Shown here: positions 1 through 12,828 of the stretch, piece by piece
How the letters are laid out: each line of letters begins with the position of its first letter
How positions within the stretch are numbered: position 1 is the first letter of the stretch
NCBI GenBank assembly: GCA_965237805.1
Contig: OZ250153.1
Location: 1,469,043 to 1,533,042 of the forward strand
DNA: 64,000 nucleotides
Origin: Gammaproteobacteria bacterium
GTDB lineage: Bacteria > Pseudomonadota > Gammaproteobacteria > JABABF01
Direction of reading: 5' to 3'
Notes under the pieces: model-generated
Seen by the model: only the letters and a program-made list of their open reading frames with translations
Databases searched by the model: none
Told to the model about the DNA's origin: nothing
Position numbers and translations under genes: made by a program

Positions 1-588
1 CGCGTGTTGCGCCGTCCCCATGCGCCGCCCGGCCCGCACGATCACTTCGAGCTGCACTGCTCCGGCGGCTGCCTGTTGCGACTCAACGACCCGCGCCGCT
101 TCGGCGCGGTGCTGTGGTTGGCTGATGCCGCCGCCGAGCACGACTGCGCTCTGCTCCGCTCCCTCGGCCCGGAGCCGCTGTCGGCGGCGCTGGATGGTGA
201 TTATCTGTACCGCTGTAGCCGCGGGCGCCGCAGCGCGGTTAAAGCCCTGCTGATGGATGGCCGCATCGTCTCTGGCCTCGGCAATATCTATGCCGCCGAG
301 GTGCTATTCGCAGCTGGCATCGACCCGCACCGTGCGTCCGGGCGTATCTCCGCTCGGCGCTATATCGTGCTGTCAGCGGCCATCAAACGTGTGCTGCGCC
401 GAGCCATCACTCATGGTGGTACCACCTTGCGCGATTTCACCGCCGCCGATGGCCGACCGGGCTATTTCCGCACCCAGCTGGCAGTCTACGGACGCGGTGG
501 GCGGCCCTGTCTGCGCTGTGGTGGCGCGTTGCGTGCCTCGCGCTTGGGTCAGCGCAGCACGGTGCACTGCCCCAGCTGTCAGCGCTGA
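1..588 (+). CDS. mutM: Formamidopyrimidine-DNA glycosylase (Fpg/MutM), 5'-truncated by window edge
   Basis: C-terminal half matches Fpg: H2TH region and terminal zinc finger C-x2-C...C-x2-C (CLRCGG...HCPSCQR). The ORF is open to position 1. Confidence 0.85.
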   Translation, partial: RVLRRPHAPPGPHDHFELHCSGGCLLRLNDPRRFGAVLWLADAAAEHDCALLRSLGPEPLSAALDGDYLYRCSRGRRSAVKALLMDGRIVSGLGNIYAAEVLFAAGIDPHRASGRISARRYIVLSAAIKRVLRRAITHGGTTLRDFTAADGRPGYFRTQLAVYGRGGRPCLRCGGALRASRLGQRSTVHCPSCQR

Positions 589-602
589 GCCCGCAGCGCC
601 GC

Positions 603-3641
<3,039 letters not shown>

Positions 3642-3691
3642 TGTGGCGTGGCACTAGTCGGCTAGTCTATCATTGGAGCCGATGCCGACGT

Positions 3692-4387
3692 GTGGATGTT
3701 GCCACCTTGATCCGATTCGATCGCGTCAGCAAGCGCTATGCCAATGGTCCCGAGGCGCTGTCCGAGGTCAGCCTTGAGCTGCGTCGTGGCGAGATGGTCT
3801 TTTTGACCGGTCATTCTGGTGCCGGCAAGAGCACCTTGCTTAAATTGATCATCATGATGGAGCGCCCGACGCAGGGCCAGCTCTTTGTCGATGGCCGCAA
3901 CTTGCGGCAGACCCATCCGGCGGATATCCCGGCGCTGCGGCGCCGGATCGGCATGGTGCTGCAGAATCCCCACCTATTGCCAGATCGCAGTGTGCACGAC
4001 AATGTTGCCTTGCCGCTGCTGGTCGCCGACCAGCCAGTGAGAAATATTGACCGCCGGGTGCGGGCGGCGCTCGATCAAGTTGGCCTCGGTGCTTGCGCGC
4101 AACGCATGCCGGTCTCGCTGTCGGCTGGCGAGCAACAACGGGTTGGCATTGCCCGTGCGGTGGTGAACCGACCGCAAATCCTGTTGGCCGATGAGCCCAC
4201 TGGCAATTTGGATGCCGAGCTGTCGGCCGAAATTATGGAACTGTTTGCACGCCTCAATGAGGCGGCGGTCACGGCCATCATCGCCACGCACGATGTCGGC
4301 TTGATCGAGCGGCTACCCTACCGCAATGTGTTGTTGCGCAAAGGGTCGGTGGAGCGCGACCAGCCAGCGGGGCCGGTGGCAGTATGA
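3692..4387 (+). CDS. ftsE: Cell division ATP-binding protein FtsE
   Basis: ABC ATPase with Walker A (GHSGAGKST), LSAGEQQRV signature and Walker B (LLADEPTGNLD). The start is GTG 3692 or TTG 3707. The listed ORF start at 3587 lies inside rsmD and was rejected. Confidence 0.85.
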   Translation: MDVATLIRFDRVSKRYANGPEALSEVSLELRRGEMVFLTGHSGAGKSTLLKLIIMMERPTQGQLFVDGRNLRQTHPADIPALRRRIGMVLQNPHLLPDRSVHDNVALPLLVADQPVRNIDRRVRAALDQVGLGACAQRMPVSLSAGEQQRVGIARAVVNRPQILLADEPTGNLDAELSAEIMELFARLNEAAVTAIIATHDVGLIERLPYRNVLLRKGSVERDQPAGPVAV

Positions 4388-5412
4388 GGCGCGTGCGCCG
4401 CAACCGTCAGCGACCGTTCGCTCAGCCCGTTCTTCACAGCGCTGGCCAGACATCGTCGATGCCCCGGCGCGGGCGGCTCTTGAACCTCGCCTCACTACAC
4501 TGGCGGATCATGCGCGAGAGCCTGCAGCGGCTGGGTGCCACGCCGTTGCCGACCGTGCTGAGCTGCCTGACCATCGGCGTGGCACTGGCTTTGCCCACAG
4601 GCCTCTACATTGTGCTTGTCAACCTCGAAACACTGGGGCGCAGTTGGGAGCGCAGTGTCGGCGTTTCGGCATTTTTGCACCTCCATGTCGATGAGTCCGA
4701 CGGGCGGGAATTGGCGCGTCGCGTGGCTGAGTGGAGCGAGGTGGGGGAGGTCGAATGGCGCAGCGCGGAGGCTTCTTTAGAGGAATTTCGCACGTGGTCT
4801 GGCTTCGATGACATCCTCGAAGGGCTCGGGCAGAATCCGCTGCCCGCTGTGCTGTCTATCCAGCCCAAAGAAGCCTTTCCGAGCGCCGAGCGGATTGCGG
4901 CGTTGCGCGAGGCGCTGGCCGCTCTGCCCGCAGTGGAGGAGGCGAGGGTAGATTTGGAATGGGCGGAGCGCTTGCGCGAACTGACCCAGCTGGGCAGTCG
5001 TTTGGCCGCCGCCTTGGGGCTATTGCTGATGCTGGGGGTGCTGGTGGTGGTCTACAACGCCATCCGGTCGGCCATCGCGGCGCGGCGGCTCGAGATCATC
5101 GTTCTCCAGCTGGTCGGCGGCAGCCCGGCTTTTGTGCGTCGACCCTTTCTGTACAGTGGCTTGTGGTACGGCCTCGGCGGCGGCCTCTGCGCTTGGTTGG
5201 TGGTACAGGCAAATCTGGCTTGGCTCCGTGCTCCCGTCGAGCGTTTGGTCGATTTGTACGACAGCCAGTTCACGCTGAGCGGCTTCGGCTGGTATCCCAG
5301 TCTGCTGCTATTTGCCATCGCGGCCTCACTCGGCCTGCTGGGTGCTGGCTTCGCCGTCATGCGTCAAGTTGGGCATATCGGCTCGGAAAGCGAGGACGAG
5401 GCCAATTTCTAG
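4384..5412 (+). CDS. ftsX: Cell division permease FtsX
   Basis: ATGA overlap with ftsE. It has 4 TM segments with a large periplasmic loop, the usual FtsX topology, and sits in the conserved ftsEX-rpoH position. Confidence 0.8.
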   Translation: MRRVRRNRQRPFAQPVLHSAGQTSSMPRRGRLLNLASLHWRIMRESLQRLGATPLPTVLSCLTIGVALALPTGLYIVLVNLETLGRSWERSVGVSAFLHLHVDESDGRELARRVAEWSEVGEVEWRSAEASLEEFRTWSGFDDILEGLGQNPLPAVLSIQPKEAFPSAERIAALREALAALPAVEEARVDLEWAERLRELTQLGSRLAAALGLLLMLGVLVVVYNAIRSAIAARRLEIIVLQLVGGSPAFVRRPFLYSGLWYGLGGGLCAWLVVQANLAWLRAPVERLVDLYDSQFTLSGFGWYPSLLLFAIAASLGLLGAGFAVMRQVGHIGSESEDEANF

Positions 5413-5460
5413 CGTCTGTCAGTAACGATCGGGCTGTCCACCTGCTATAATTGAGCTGTT

Positions 5461-6411
5461 ATGGGAAATACGCCCACTCAAGCTGACAAAAAAGTTGGCT
5501 CTGGCAAGTCGCTAGTTAGCAATGCCACCTTAGCCTTGGTGCCGGGCGCTGACATTGCCACTTACACCCGCCGTGTGCAATCTATTCCGACGCTGAGCCA
5601 AGAGCAGGAATTGGAGCTGGCACGGGCCTACTACGAAGAGCACGATTTGGAGGCGGCACGGCAGTTGGTGCTGGCCAATTTGCGTCATGTCGCCTATTTG
5701 GCACATCGCTATGCTGGCTACGGCCTGCCGCAGGCCGACCTGATCCAAGAGGGCAACATTGGCCTGATGAAGGCGGTAAAGCGCTTCAATCCCTCAAAGT
5801 TCAAAGTGCGTTTCATCTCTTTCGCCATCCACTGGATTCGGGCGGAGATGCAGGAGTACGTGTTGCGCAACTGGCGCTTGGTCAAGATTGCCACGACCAA
5901 GGCCCAGCGGCGTTTGTTCTTCAAGTTGCGCGGTGAGCGCAAGCACTTGGGAGGGCTGTCGGACGAAGATGCGCGCGATATGGCTGAGAAATTGGCGGTG
6001 CCACTGCGCGAGCTACGGCAGATGGAACTGCGCATGGCGGCACCGGAGGTGTCCTACGACGGCACTACCGAGGCAGCTGATGCCGACGACACGGGTGGCG
6101 GCACCCGCCGGCTCGCGCCAGCCGAGTACCTGGCGGCACCGGATGCCGACCCGGCCGAGGAATTTGAGGCGCTGCACTGGCGGCAGAGCCAAGCCGAGCA
6201 GCTGCATGGTGCCCTAGAGTGTTTGGACGAGCGCAGCCGGGACATTATCAGAGGTCGCTGGCCAGCTGCTGATGTCAAGCGCGCCACCTTGCAGCAGCTG
6301 GCCGATCGTCACGGCATTTCGGCCGAGCGTGTCCGCCAACTCGAGAAGCGCGCCCTGCGTCAGCTGCGCGGGCAGCTGCAACCGAAGAGCGAGCAGAGGC
6401 TGATTGCCTGA
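5461..6411 (+). CDS. rpoH: RNA polymerase sigma-32 heat-shock factor
   Basis: Sigma-70-family regions 2 and 4 plus the RpoH box (QRRLFFKLR). It is immediately downstream of ftsX as in other gammaproteobacteria. Confidence 0.9.
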   Translation: MGNTPTQADKKVGSGKSLVSNATLALVPGADIATYTRRVQSIPTLSQEQELELARAYYEEHDLEAARQLVLANLRHVAYLAHRYAGYGLPQADLIQEGNIGLMKAVKRFNPSKFKVRFISFAIHWIRAEMQEYVLRNWRLVKIATTKAQRRLFFKLRGERKHLGGLSDEDARDMAEKLAVPLRELRQMELRMAAPEVSYDGTTEAADADDTGGGTRRLAPAEYLAAPDADPAEEFEALHWRQSQAEQLHGALECLDERSRDIIRGRWPAADVKRATLQQLADRHGISAERVRQLEKRALRQLRGQLQPKSEQRLIA

Positions 6412-6475
6412 ACAGCTGCGCGGCTCGCCAGTGCCGCATCTGGGCAGGCTGGGAAAGCACTGTAGAGCGGGGCTG

Positions 6476-6847
6476 ATGTCCGCTGCTTTTTTGGCTTTTG
6501 CCGCCGTCAATGGTTTCATCGCTACGGCTGTTGCCGCCGCCGCTTCCCATGTGCTACCCAAGCAGTTGTCAAGCGCTGAATTGGCGCTGGTGGAGACGGC
6601 GTGGCCGTTGCAGTTCACCCACGCCTTGGCGCTGATCACCGTCGCGCTACTGCTTGAGCGCAGCCCGGCGAGCGAGTGGTTGCTGGCGGCTGCTTGGCTG
6701 TTCTCCTTGGGTTTGGTCATGTTCAGTTGGGCGTTGTATTTGACGGCCTTCAGCGGTGTGCGCTCGCCGTTGCCGCCGCTGGGCGGCGTGTGCCTGATGC
6801 TGGCTTGGCTGGCGCTGGCGGTGGCGGCGTTGCGTGGATTGCACTGA
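6476..6847 (+). CDS. DUF423 (YgdD-like) small membrane protein
   Basis: ~123 aa with 4 hydrophobic helices and a DUF423-like layout. The start was chosen at the internal Met (MSAAFLAF). Confidence 0.5.
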   Translation: MSAAFLAFAAVNGFIATAVAAAASHVLPKQLSSAELALVETAWPLQFTHALALITVALLLERSPASEWLLAAAWLFSLGLVMFSWALYLTAFSGVRSPLPPLGGVCLMLAWLALAVAALRGLH

Positions 6848-7520
6848 GCGCCGCGCGCCGCGTTCCTATGTGCTGCGCTCGGGTCGGATGACTGTGGCGC
6901 AACGACGCGCCTTGGAGAGCGGCTGGCATCGGTGGGGACTCGATGTGACGGCTGGCGAAATCGACTTCGAGGCGGTTTTCGGTCGTCGTGCGCCGCGGGT
7001 ACTCGAGCTCGGATTTGGTGGCGGCGAATCACTGCTGGCCATGGCCGCCTCAATGCCAGAGCAGGATTTTATCGGTGTCGAAGTCTATCCGGCGGGTATC
7101 GGCAAGCTGTTGCTCGGCGTGGAGCGGGAGGGTGTGGGCAATCTGCGTATCTACCGCGCCGAGGCTGGCGAGGTATTACACCGCTGCATCGCTACGGCCA
7201 TGTTGGACGCGGTGCAGCTGTTTTTCCCGGATCCTTGGCCCAAGCGGCGCCACCACAAGCGCCGATTGGTCGCTGGCGACTTCCCCGCCTTGGTTGCCGA
7301 CCGACTGCGGGTCGGTGGGTTGTTCCACGCCGCCACCGATTGTGCGCACTACGCGCAGCAGATGCTCGATTCGGTGGAGCGGACTGGAGCTTTTGTCAAT
7401 CTGGCGCTGGCGGGTGGTTTTGCGCCGCGCCCATGGTGGCGTCCATGCACCCGTTTTGAGCGCCGCGCCATGGTGGCGGGCCGGAAGGTGTGGGATGTGC
7501 TATTCCAGCGCTGCGCCTAG
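6834..7520 (+). CDS. trmB: tRNA (guanine46-N7)-methyltransferase
   Basis: TrmB motifs: VLELGFGGGESL, GVEVY..G, and FFPDPWPKRRHHKRRLV. Confidence 0.8.
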   Translation: MDCTERRAPRSYVLRSGRMTVAQRRALESGWHRWGLDVTAGEIDFEAVFGRRAPRVLELGFGGGESLLAMAASMPEQDFIGVEVYPAGIGKLLLGVEREGVGNLRIYRAEAGEVLHRCIATAMLDAVQLFFPDPWPKRRHHKRRLVAGDFPALVADRLRVGGLFHAATDCAHYAQQMLDSVERTGAFVNLALAGGFAPRPWWRPCTRFERRAMVAGRKVWDVLFQRCA

Positions 7521-7562
7521 TCGCTGGAGGCTCGGTGCTATTCTGTTCCAGCACCGTGGCCA

Positions 7563-8054
7563 ATGTGCTGTTTGCCTCCCGCTATAATGCCGCCACCGAT
7601 ATTGTGTCGTCGTCCCATCACCGTGAGCTCTCGTCTCCTCCAATGCCTGTCGCTGTGCTGTTGCGCCGCTGTGCTGTGGCCGGTTGCAACCGCCGCCCTC
7701 TCCGAGAGCCAGCGTGAGCGCATCGCCGAGCGGCTAGCTCCCGTTGGTGCGCTGTGCATTGAGGGCGAGGCCTGCGCTGCCGACATCGTGGTGGCCCCCA
7801 GTGTCCCGCGCGATGGTGCCGAGATCTATCGCATGTACTGCACCGCCTGCCACGATACTGGCATCGGTGGCGCGCCGCGCATTTCGGAGCGAGCCGATTG
7901 GCCGGCGCGTTTGGCGCAAGGTGACGAGCTGATCTACCAGCACGCCTTGCAGGGTCTCAATGCGATGCCAGCGCGCGGGGCCTGTCCGAATTGCACGGAT
8001 GGGGAAATACGTGCCGCTGTGGACTATATGCTCGATTCCTTGCCAGCTCGCTGA
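7563..8054 (+). CDS. Cytochrome c5 (class I mono-haem c-type cytochrome)
   Basis: Signal peptide, a single CTACH haem-binding motif, the Met ligand region (GLNAMPARG) and the C-terminal Cys pair (CPNC) typical of cyt c5. The start may instead be GTG ~7623. Confidence 0.7.
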   Translation: MCCLPPAIMPPPILCRRPITVSSRLLQCLSLCCCAAVLWPVATAALSESQRERIAERLAPVGALCIEGEACAADIVVAPSVPRDGAEIYRMYCTACHDTGIGGAPRISERADWPARLAQGDELIYQHALQGLNAMPARGACPNCTDGEIRAAVDYMLDSLPAR

Positions 8055-8077
8055 GCGCCGCTGCGTTTGTGTGCCGC

Positions 8078-9019
8078 TCAGCTGCCCCAGCGGAGCTGCA
8101 CCAAGCTTTCGCTGAGCTGCCACAGTCGCTCCGCCGCTTTATCTGAGCGAGCGTAGGCTTTGGTACGGCACACTGCACGATTGCGGTAATAGCCGCCGTT
8201 GGCACTGCTCAGCGCCGCTTCGGTGCACAGCCAGACAGCGGTGTCGGCACCCTGTGCCGGGCTGTTTGTCAACGGGCTGATCAGCCACATCGCCATCCGT
8301 GCGGGCAGACTATGACCGATGATGCCGCTGTTGACCACGCCCGGTGACATGGCGTTGACCGTGATGCTACTGCCTTTGGCTCGCCGCGCCAAGGCGTGCA
8401 TGAACAGCAGGCCGCACAGCTTGGCACGGCAATAGTTGCCGATGCTGAAGTAGGGCGAGCGATCGCGCATCAGGTCATTGAAGTCTAGGGACGGAGCCAG
8501 TCGGTGGGCGAGAGAGGAGATGACGATGATGCGTGCTGGAGCTGATGCCTGTAGCCGCGGCCACAGCAGGCCGGTGAGCAGGAATGGGGCCAAGTGATTG
8601 ACCGCTATGCTGGCTTCATGGCCCTCGGCACTGCGCTGCCGGGTGGCGAATAGGGCTCCAGCGTTGTGCACTAGCACATGCAGGGCTTGCCCGCTGTCTA
8701 AATAGCCTTGGGCGGCGCGCCGTAGCGCGGACAGCGACTTGAGATCGCAGCAGAAAGCTGCGGGTCGCTGTCCAGTCTCGTCGGCGATTTGTTGCTGCAC
8801 CGCTGCGATGCGACTGGCGTTGCGGCCGCCGACCACGACTTTGGCACCGGCCCGCGCCAGCGCCAAGGCGATTTCGCGCCCAATACCGTTGGTCGCACCG
8901 GTCACGAGACAGCTCTTGCCAGCGATGTCCCAAGGAAGGCGTATCACCCCACTGGTGTCCGCTAGCTGCCCCATCACCGATTTGCCGCTTCTGGGTGGTG
9001 CTTGTTCACCAGTTGCCAC
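8078..9019 (-). CDS. Short-chain dehydrogenase/reductase (SDR) family oxidoreductase, paralog 1
   Basis: TGATNGIGREIA Rossmann motif, NAG motif and catalytic YCRAK. Confidence 0.75.
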   Translation of the reverse strand: MATGEQAPPRSGKSVMGQLADTSGVIRLPWDIAGKSCLVTGATNGIGREIALALARAGAKVVVGGRNASRIAAVQQQIADETGQRPAAFCCDLKSLSALRRAAQGYLDSGQALHVLVHNAGALFATRQRSAEGHEASIAVNHLAPFLLTGLLWPRLQASAPARIIVISSLAHRLAPSLDFNDLMRDRSPYFSIGNYCRAKLCGLLFMHALARRAKGSSITVNAMSPGVVNSGIIGHSLPARMAMWLISPLTNSPAQGADTAVWLCTEAALSSANGGYYRNRAVCRTKAYARSDKAAERLWQLSESLVQLRWGS

Positions 9020-9103
9020 GACCTGGAAGCAGACCCCGCAATCGGCAGCATGGCTTTAGCTCTGCGGGTGTGCCACTGGATCGCTGCAGTCAGCCGAAAA
9101 ATT

Positions 9104-10021
9104 TCAGTCGCTCCAGCGATGATCGACCAAGTCTTCGCTGGCTTGCCACAGCTGCTCTGCGATCTCGTCCGAGCGGGCATCGGCGCGGGGCTTGTGTGGG
9201 GCGCGATTGAAGTAATAGCCGCCGTTGGCAGCGCTCAGCGCAGGGTCGGTGGCCAGCCAGACGGCGGTGTCGGCACCCTGTGCCGGGGTGCGCGCAAACG
9301 GTCGGAGCAGCGCCATCATCAGGCGCCCAACCCATTGTTTTCCAGCGAGTCCGGTGGCGACCAAGCTCGGGTGCATGGCGGTGACGGTGACGCCGCTGCC
9401 CTCGATGCGTTTTGCCAAGGCGTGTGTGAATAGCAGGTTGCACAGTTTGGAGCGCCCGTAGCTCTCCATATTGAAATAGAACGCTTGCTCGCGCATCAGG
9501 TCGTCGAAATCCAGTGACTTGCTCGAGCGGTGGGCATCGGAGGCGACGATGACAATGCGCGCCGGTGCCGATTCCTTGAGTCTGGGCCACAGCATGCAGC
9601 TGAGCAGAAAAGGTGCCAAGTGGTTGATAGCCATGCTGGCCTCATAGCCGTCGGCGCTGTGTTGCCGGCGGCCGAAGACGGCACCAGCGTTGTTCATCAG
9701 CATGTGTAGTGGTCGACTACTGTCCAAATACTCGTTGGCGGCGCGGCGCACATCCGCCAGCGAGTTAAAGTCGCAGCACATCGCATCGGGGCGTTGCCCG
9801 GTCTCGTCGGCGATTTGGTCTTGCACGGTCGCGCAACGTTCGGGGCTGCGTCCACCGATGACGACTTCGGCACCGGCCTTGGCCAGTGCCAAGGCGGCGG
9901 CACGTCCGATGCCATTGGTCGCACCGGTCACAAGGCAGACCTTGCCAGCGATATCCCACGCTGCCTCGGTCGTCTGTGCCGTCTCTTTGGGCTGTTCTGT
10001 CATCCGCTGTTTTCCTCGCAA
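9104..10021 (-). CDS. SDR family oxidoreductase, paralog 2 (tandem duplicate)
   Basis: TGATNGIGRAAA, NNAG and YGRSK motifs. It is ~65% identical to the upstream SDR over the full length. Confidence 0.75.
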   Translation of the reverse strand: MRGKQRMTEQPKETAQTTEAAWDIAGKVCLVTGATNGIGRAAALALAKAGAEVVIGGRSPERCATVQDQIADETGQRPDAMCCDFNSLADVRRAANEYLDSSRPLHMLMNNAGAVFGRRQHSADGYEASMAINHLAPFLLSCMLWPRLKESAPARIVIVASDAHRSSKSLDFDDLMREQAFYFNMESYGRSKLCNLLFTHALAKRIEGSGVTVTAMHPSLVATGLAGKQWVGRLMMALLRPFARTPAQGADTAVWLATDPALSAANGGYYFNRAPHKPRADARSDEIAEQLWQASEDLVDHRWSD

Positions 10022-10049
10022 CCGCAGTTTGGCACCAGTGTGACTGTGA

Positions 10050-11567
10050 TTATAGGGTAGCGCTGTGCTCTTCCAGCGCCAGCCGGTAGCCGAGTGCCTC
10101 CTGCAGATGGTGTTGCCGCACGGTTGCGACCGCTTCTAGATCGGCGATGCTGCGCGCCACTCGCAGCACGCGGTGGCAGGCGCGCGAGGACAATCGCATA
10201 CGCTCGGCGGCCAGCGCCAAGCAGCGTCGCTCGCCCGCTCCCAGCTGGCAGTACTGTTCCAATGCAGCTGGGCTCAGCTCGGCATTGGTGGCGTTGCGGG
10301 TGTGTTGGCGGCGGCGCGCCTCGGAGACGCGGGCTGCCACCTCGGCGCTGGATTCGATGCCCGCGCCGGATCCGAGCATTTGTTCTGGGTTGATGCGCGG
10401 CAGATCTACCTGCAGGTCGATACGGTCGAGTAAGGGTCCCGATATCCGCTGGCTATAGCGCCGCAGCTGCGCGCTACCGCAGCGGCAGCTGCGCTCGGCA
10501 TCGCCTCGGTAGCCGCAAGGGCAGGGGTTCATCGCCGCCACCAGCTGGAAACGCGCCGGGAAGTTGCAGCGTCGCTTGGCTCGTGCGATGCTGACAGCAC
10601 CCGATTCGAGCGGCTCCCGCAATACTTCGAGTACTCGGCGCGGAAATTCTGGCAGCTCGTCCAAGAACAGCACACCGTGATGCGCCAGCGATACCTCTCC
10701 CGGTTGCGGTGTCGAGCCGCCGCCGATCATCGCCGCCGCCGAGCTGGTGTGGTGTGGGGTGCGAAACGGCGGTTGATGCCAGTGCAGCGGCTCCACCGCT
10801 TCGCCAGCCACCGAGCGCAGTGCCGCCACCTCCAGTGCCTGCTCTCGGCTCAGCTTTGGCAACAGGCTGGGCATGCGTGTGGCCAGCATGGTTTTACCGG
10901 TACCCGGCGGTCCGACTAATAGGAGATTGTGTGCTCCAGCGGCGGCAATTTCTAAGGCCCGCCGTGCCTGTGCTTGACCGCGCACCTCAGACAAGTCTGG
11001 CAGCTGATGTGGTGGTGTGTTGGGCAGTGGCGGCGGCACGGCCCTAGGTAGCATGGCGGAACCGTGGAGTTGGCGACAGACCGTTGTCAGCTGGTCGGCC
11101 ACAAAGACAGCGGTTCGGTCGGCCATCGCCGCCTCGGCGGCATTGCCAACCGGCACGATCAGCTGCCGACCCGCATCCCCGCAGTGCAGGGCGGCTGGCA
11201 ACGTCCCCGGCACGTCTCGCAGAGCACCCGACAAGGCCAGCTCACCGAGTAATTCCCAGCCGTCCAGCGCTGCCACCGGCACTTGCCCCGAGGCGGCGAG
11301 GATGCCGATGGCGATGGCCAGATCGAAGCGCCCGCCTTCCTTGGGCAGGTCGGCCGGAGCCAAGTTGATGGTGATGCGGCGCGCCGGGAAATCGAAGCGC
11401 GTGTTGAGAATGGCACTGCGCACCCGCTCCCGACTCTCCCGCACTACAGTCGCAGGAAGGCCGACGATCGCTAGGCAGGGCAGGCCGTTTGACAGGTGAA
11501 CCTCGACCGTGACGAGTGGTGCACTGACCCCCTGGGCTGCACGCGAATTGACGATGGCTAATGGCAT
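10050..11567 (-). CDS. yifB: Mg-chelatase-like AAA+ ATPase YifB/ComM family
   Basis: N-terminal Lon-like domain (MPLAIVNSRA...), AAA+ Walker A (GPPGTGKTM) and C-terminal ChlI domain. ATG at 11567 is preceded by AAGGAGGG with a 5-nt spacer. Confidence 0.8.
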   Translation of the reverse strand: MPLAIVNSRAAQGVSAPLVTVEVHLSNGLPCLAIVGLPATVVRESRERVRSAILNTRFDFPARRITINLAPADLPKEGGRFDLAIAIGILAASGQVPVAALDGWELLGELALSGALRDVPGTLPAALHCGDAGRQLIVPVGNAAEAAMADRTAVFVADQLTTVCRQLHGSAMLPRAVPPPLPNTPPHQLPDLSEVRGQAQARRALEIAAAGAHNLLLVGPPGTGKTMLATRMPSLLPKLSREQALEVAALRSVAGEAVEPLHWHQPPFRTPHHTSSAAAMIGGGSTPQPGEVSLAHHGVLFLDELPEFPRRVLEVLREPLESGAVSIARAKRRCNFPARFQLVAAMNPCPCGYRGDAERSCRCGSAQLRRYSQRISGPLLDRIDLQVDLPRINPEQMLGSGAGIESSAEVAARVSEARRRQHTRNATNAELSPAALEQYCQLGAGERRCLALAAERMRLSSRACHRVLRVARSIADLEAVATVRQHHLQEALGYRLALEEHSATL

Positions 11568-11915
11568 GTTGCCCTCCTTGGCTAGTCCGTGCGCCCGACC
11601 TCCTGTCAAACGCGTCCAGTGGTGGTTTTGCTCCTGATATCGTTTGCGCTATTGCCCACTTCGCGCCGCCCGCATCATCTTGTGTTGGCCAGCATCCGCT
11701 TTGTGGAAGCGTTCCACAATTGGGGAATAGGGTAGCACAGTGGCTGGTGCCGATCGTTGGGCTTGACAGAGTCGATTGCACTCATTTAGAATTAATTGCA
11801 TCTGTAAGCGTTTGCCGATTTTCTTAGTGGCATCATTGCCGCCAAGGCAATTTAGCCGATCTTGTCAAGGGCTTGCAAATTGTCAGTTGTGGTTCCAGAA
11901 CCCTAATGCGGGGAA

Positions 11916-12764
11916 GTGGGACAAACATCTCAAAGGCTTGTGATTAGGGAGAACATCATGCTGAGCGTGACAAAGTTAATGGTTTGGAATGCCGATCGGT
12001 TGAGCGCGGGCTTGGGAGTGATCACCAGTCTCTGTCTTGGCCGTGGCTTAGGGGTGGGGCTGTGCCTGATGGCTGTGGCGATGTTCTCGCCCGCGCGCTC
12101 CGAGGCGCTCGCCTTAGGCGAGGAGGCAGACTTGCTGATCGAGGTGGTTGTGGTGAGCGACTATGTCTTCCGTGGCATCTCGCAGACTGGAGAAGATCCC
12201 GCTGTGCAGTTGAGCTTGGAGTTGGAATTGCAGGAGATCCCGGTATCTTTCGGCATCTGGGGCTCGCAGGTAGACTTTGACGATGTGGGCACTGGCACGC
12301 TTAGTCCGATCGATTACGAGCTCGACTTTTGGGTTCGTGTCAGCGTGCCTGTGTTCGAGGATCTCGATCTCGATTTCAGCATCATCCAGTACTACTATCC
12401 CAGCAGTACGGGGGACGAGGACTACACAGAATGGCTGATCGGCACTGAAGTGGGCAATGTTTATATCGAAGGGGTGTACAGCGAGGATTACGGCGGCCAA
12501 GGGGAGTTTTACCGCCTGAGCGCCGAGTATGTCCATAGCTTTGATGCCATCGATGTCGGTGTGCACTACGGTTGGAATCATTACGCCCGTCCGCAGTCCC
12601 TGCTCAATAACGACAACATCTATATGGATTGGGGTGTTTCCGCTTCGATTGAATGGTCCGGCATCAAGCTCGGTGTCGAGTATACCGATGTCAGCCGTTG
12701 TAGCGCAACTGGTGGCGATGCTTGCGATGCGAGAATGCTCGGCTCGATTTCTTATTCTTTCTGA
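11916..12764 (+). CDS. TorF-family putative outer-membrane porin (TIGR02001-like), signal peptide present
   Basis: Acidic beta-strand-rich protein with a signal peptide and a C-terminal ...SYSF, typical of the TorF beta-barrel family that commonly sits next to P-II genes. The true start is probably an internal Met. Confidence 0.5.
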   Translation: MGQTSQRLVIRENIMLSVTKLMVWNADRLSAGLGVITSLCLGRGLGVGLCLMAVAMFSPARSEALALGEEADLLIEVVVVSDYVFRGISQTGEDPAVQLSLELELQEIPVSFGIWGSQVDFDDVGTGTLSPIDYELDFWVRVSVPVFEDLDLDFSIIQYYYPSSTGDEDYTEWLIGTEVGNVYIEGVYSEDYGGQGEFYRLSAEYVHSFDAIDVGVHYGWNHYARPQSLLNNDNIYMDWGVSASIEWSGIKLGVEYTDVSRCSATGGDACDARMLGSISYSF

Positions 12765-12828
12765 AGTGATCTAATGCTGAGGCTGGACGACGGCTGAGTC
12801 CAAAGACAGATACCCCCAAGACCGACAC

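Noticed and set aside
5441-5451. TATAAT box just upstream of rpoH as its promoter
   Set aside because: It lies only ~10 nt before the ATG, too close to give a leader with an RBS. rpoH promoters are more likely inside ftsX.
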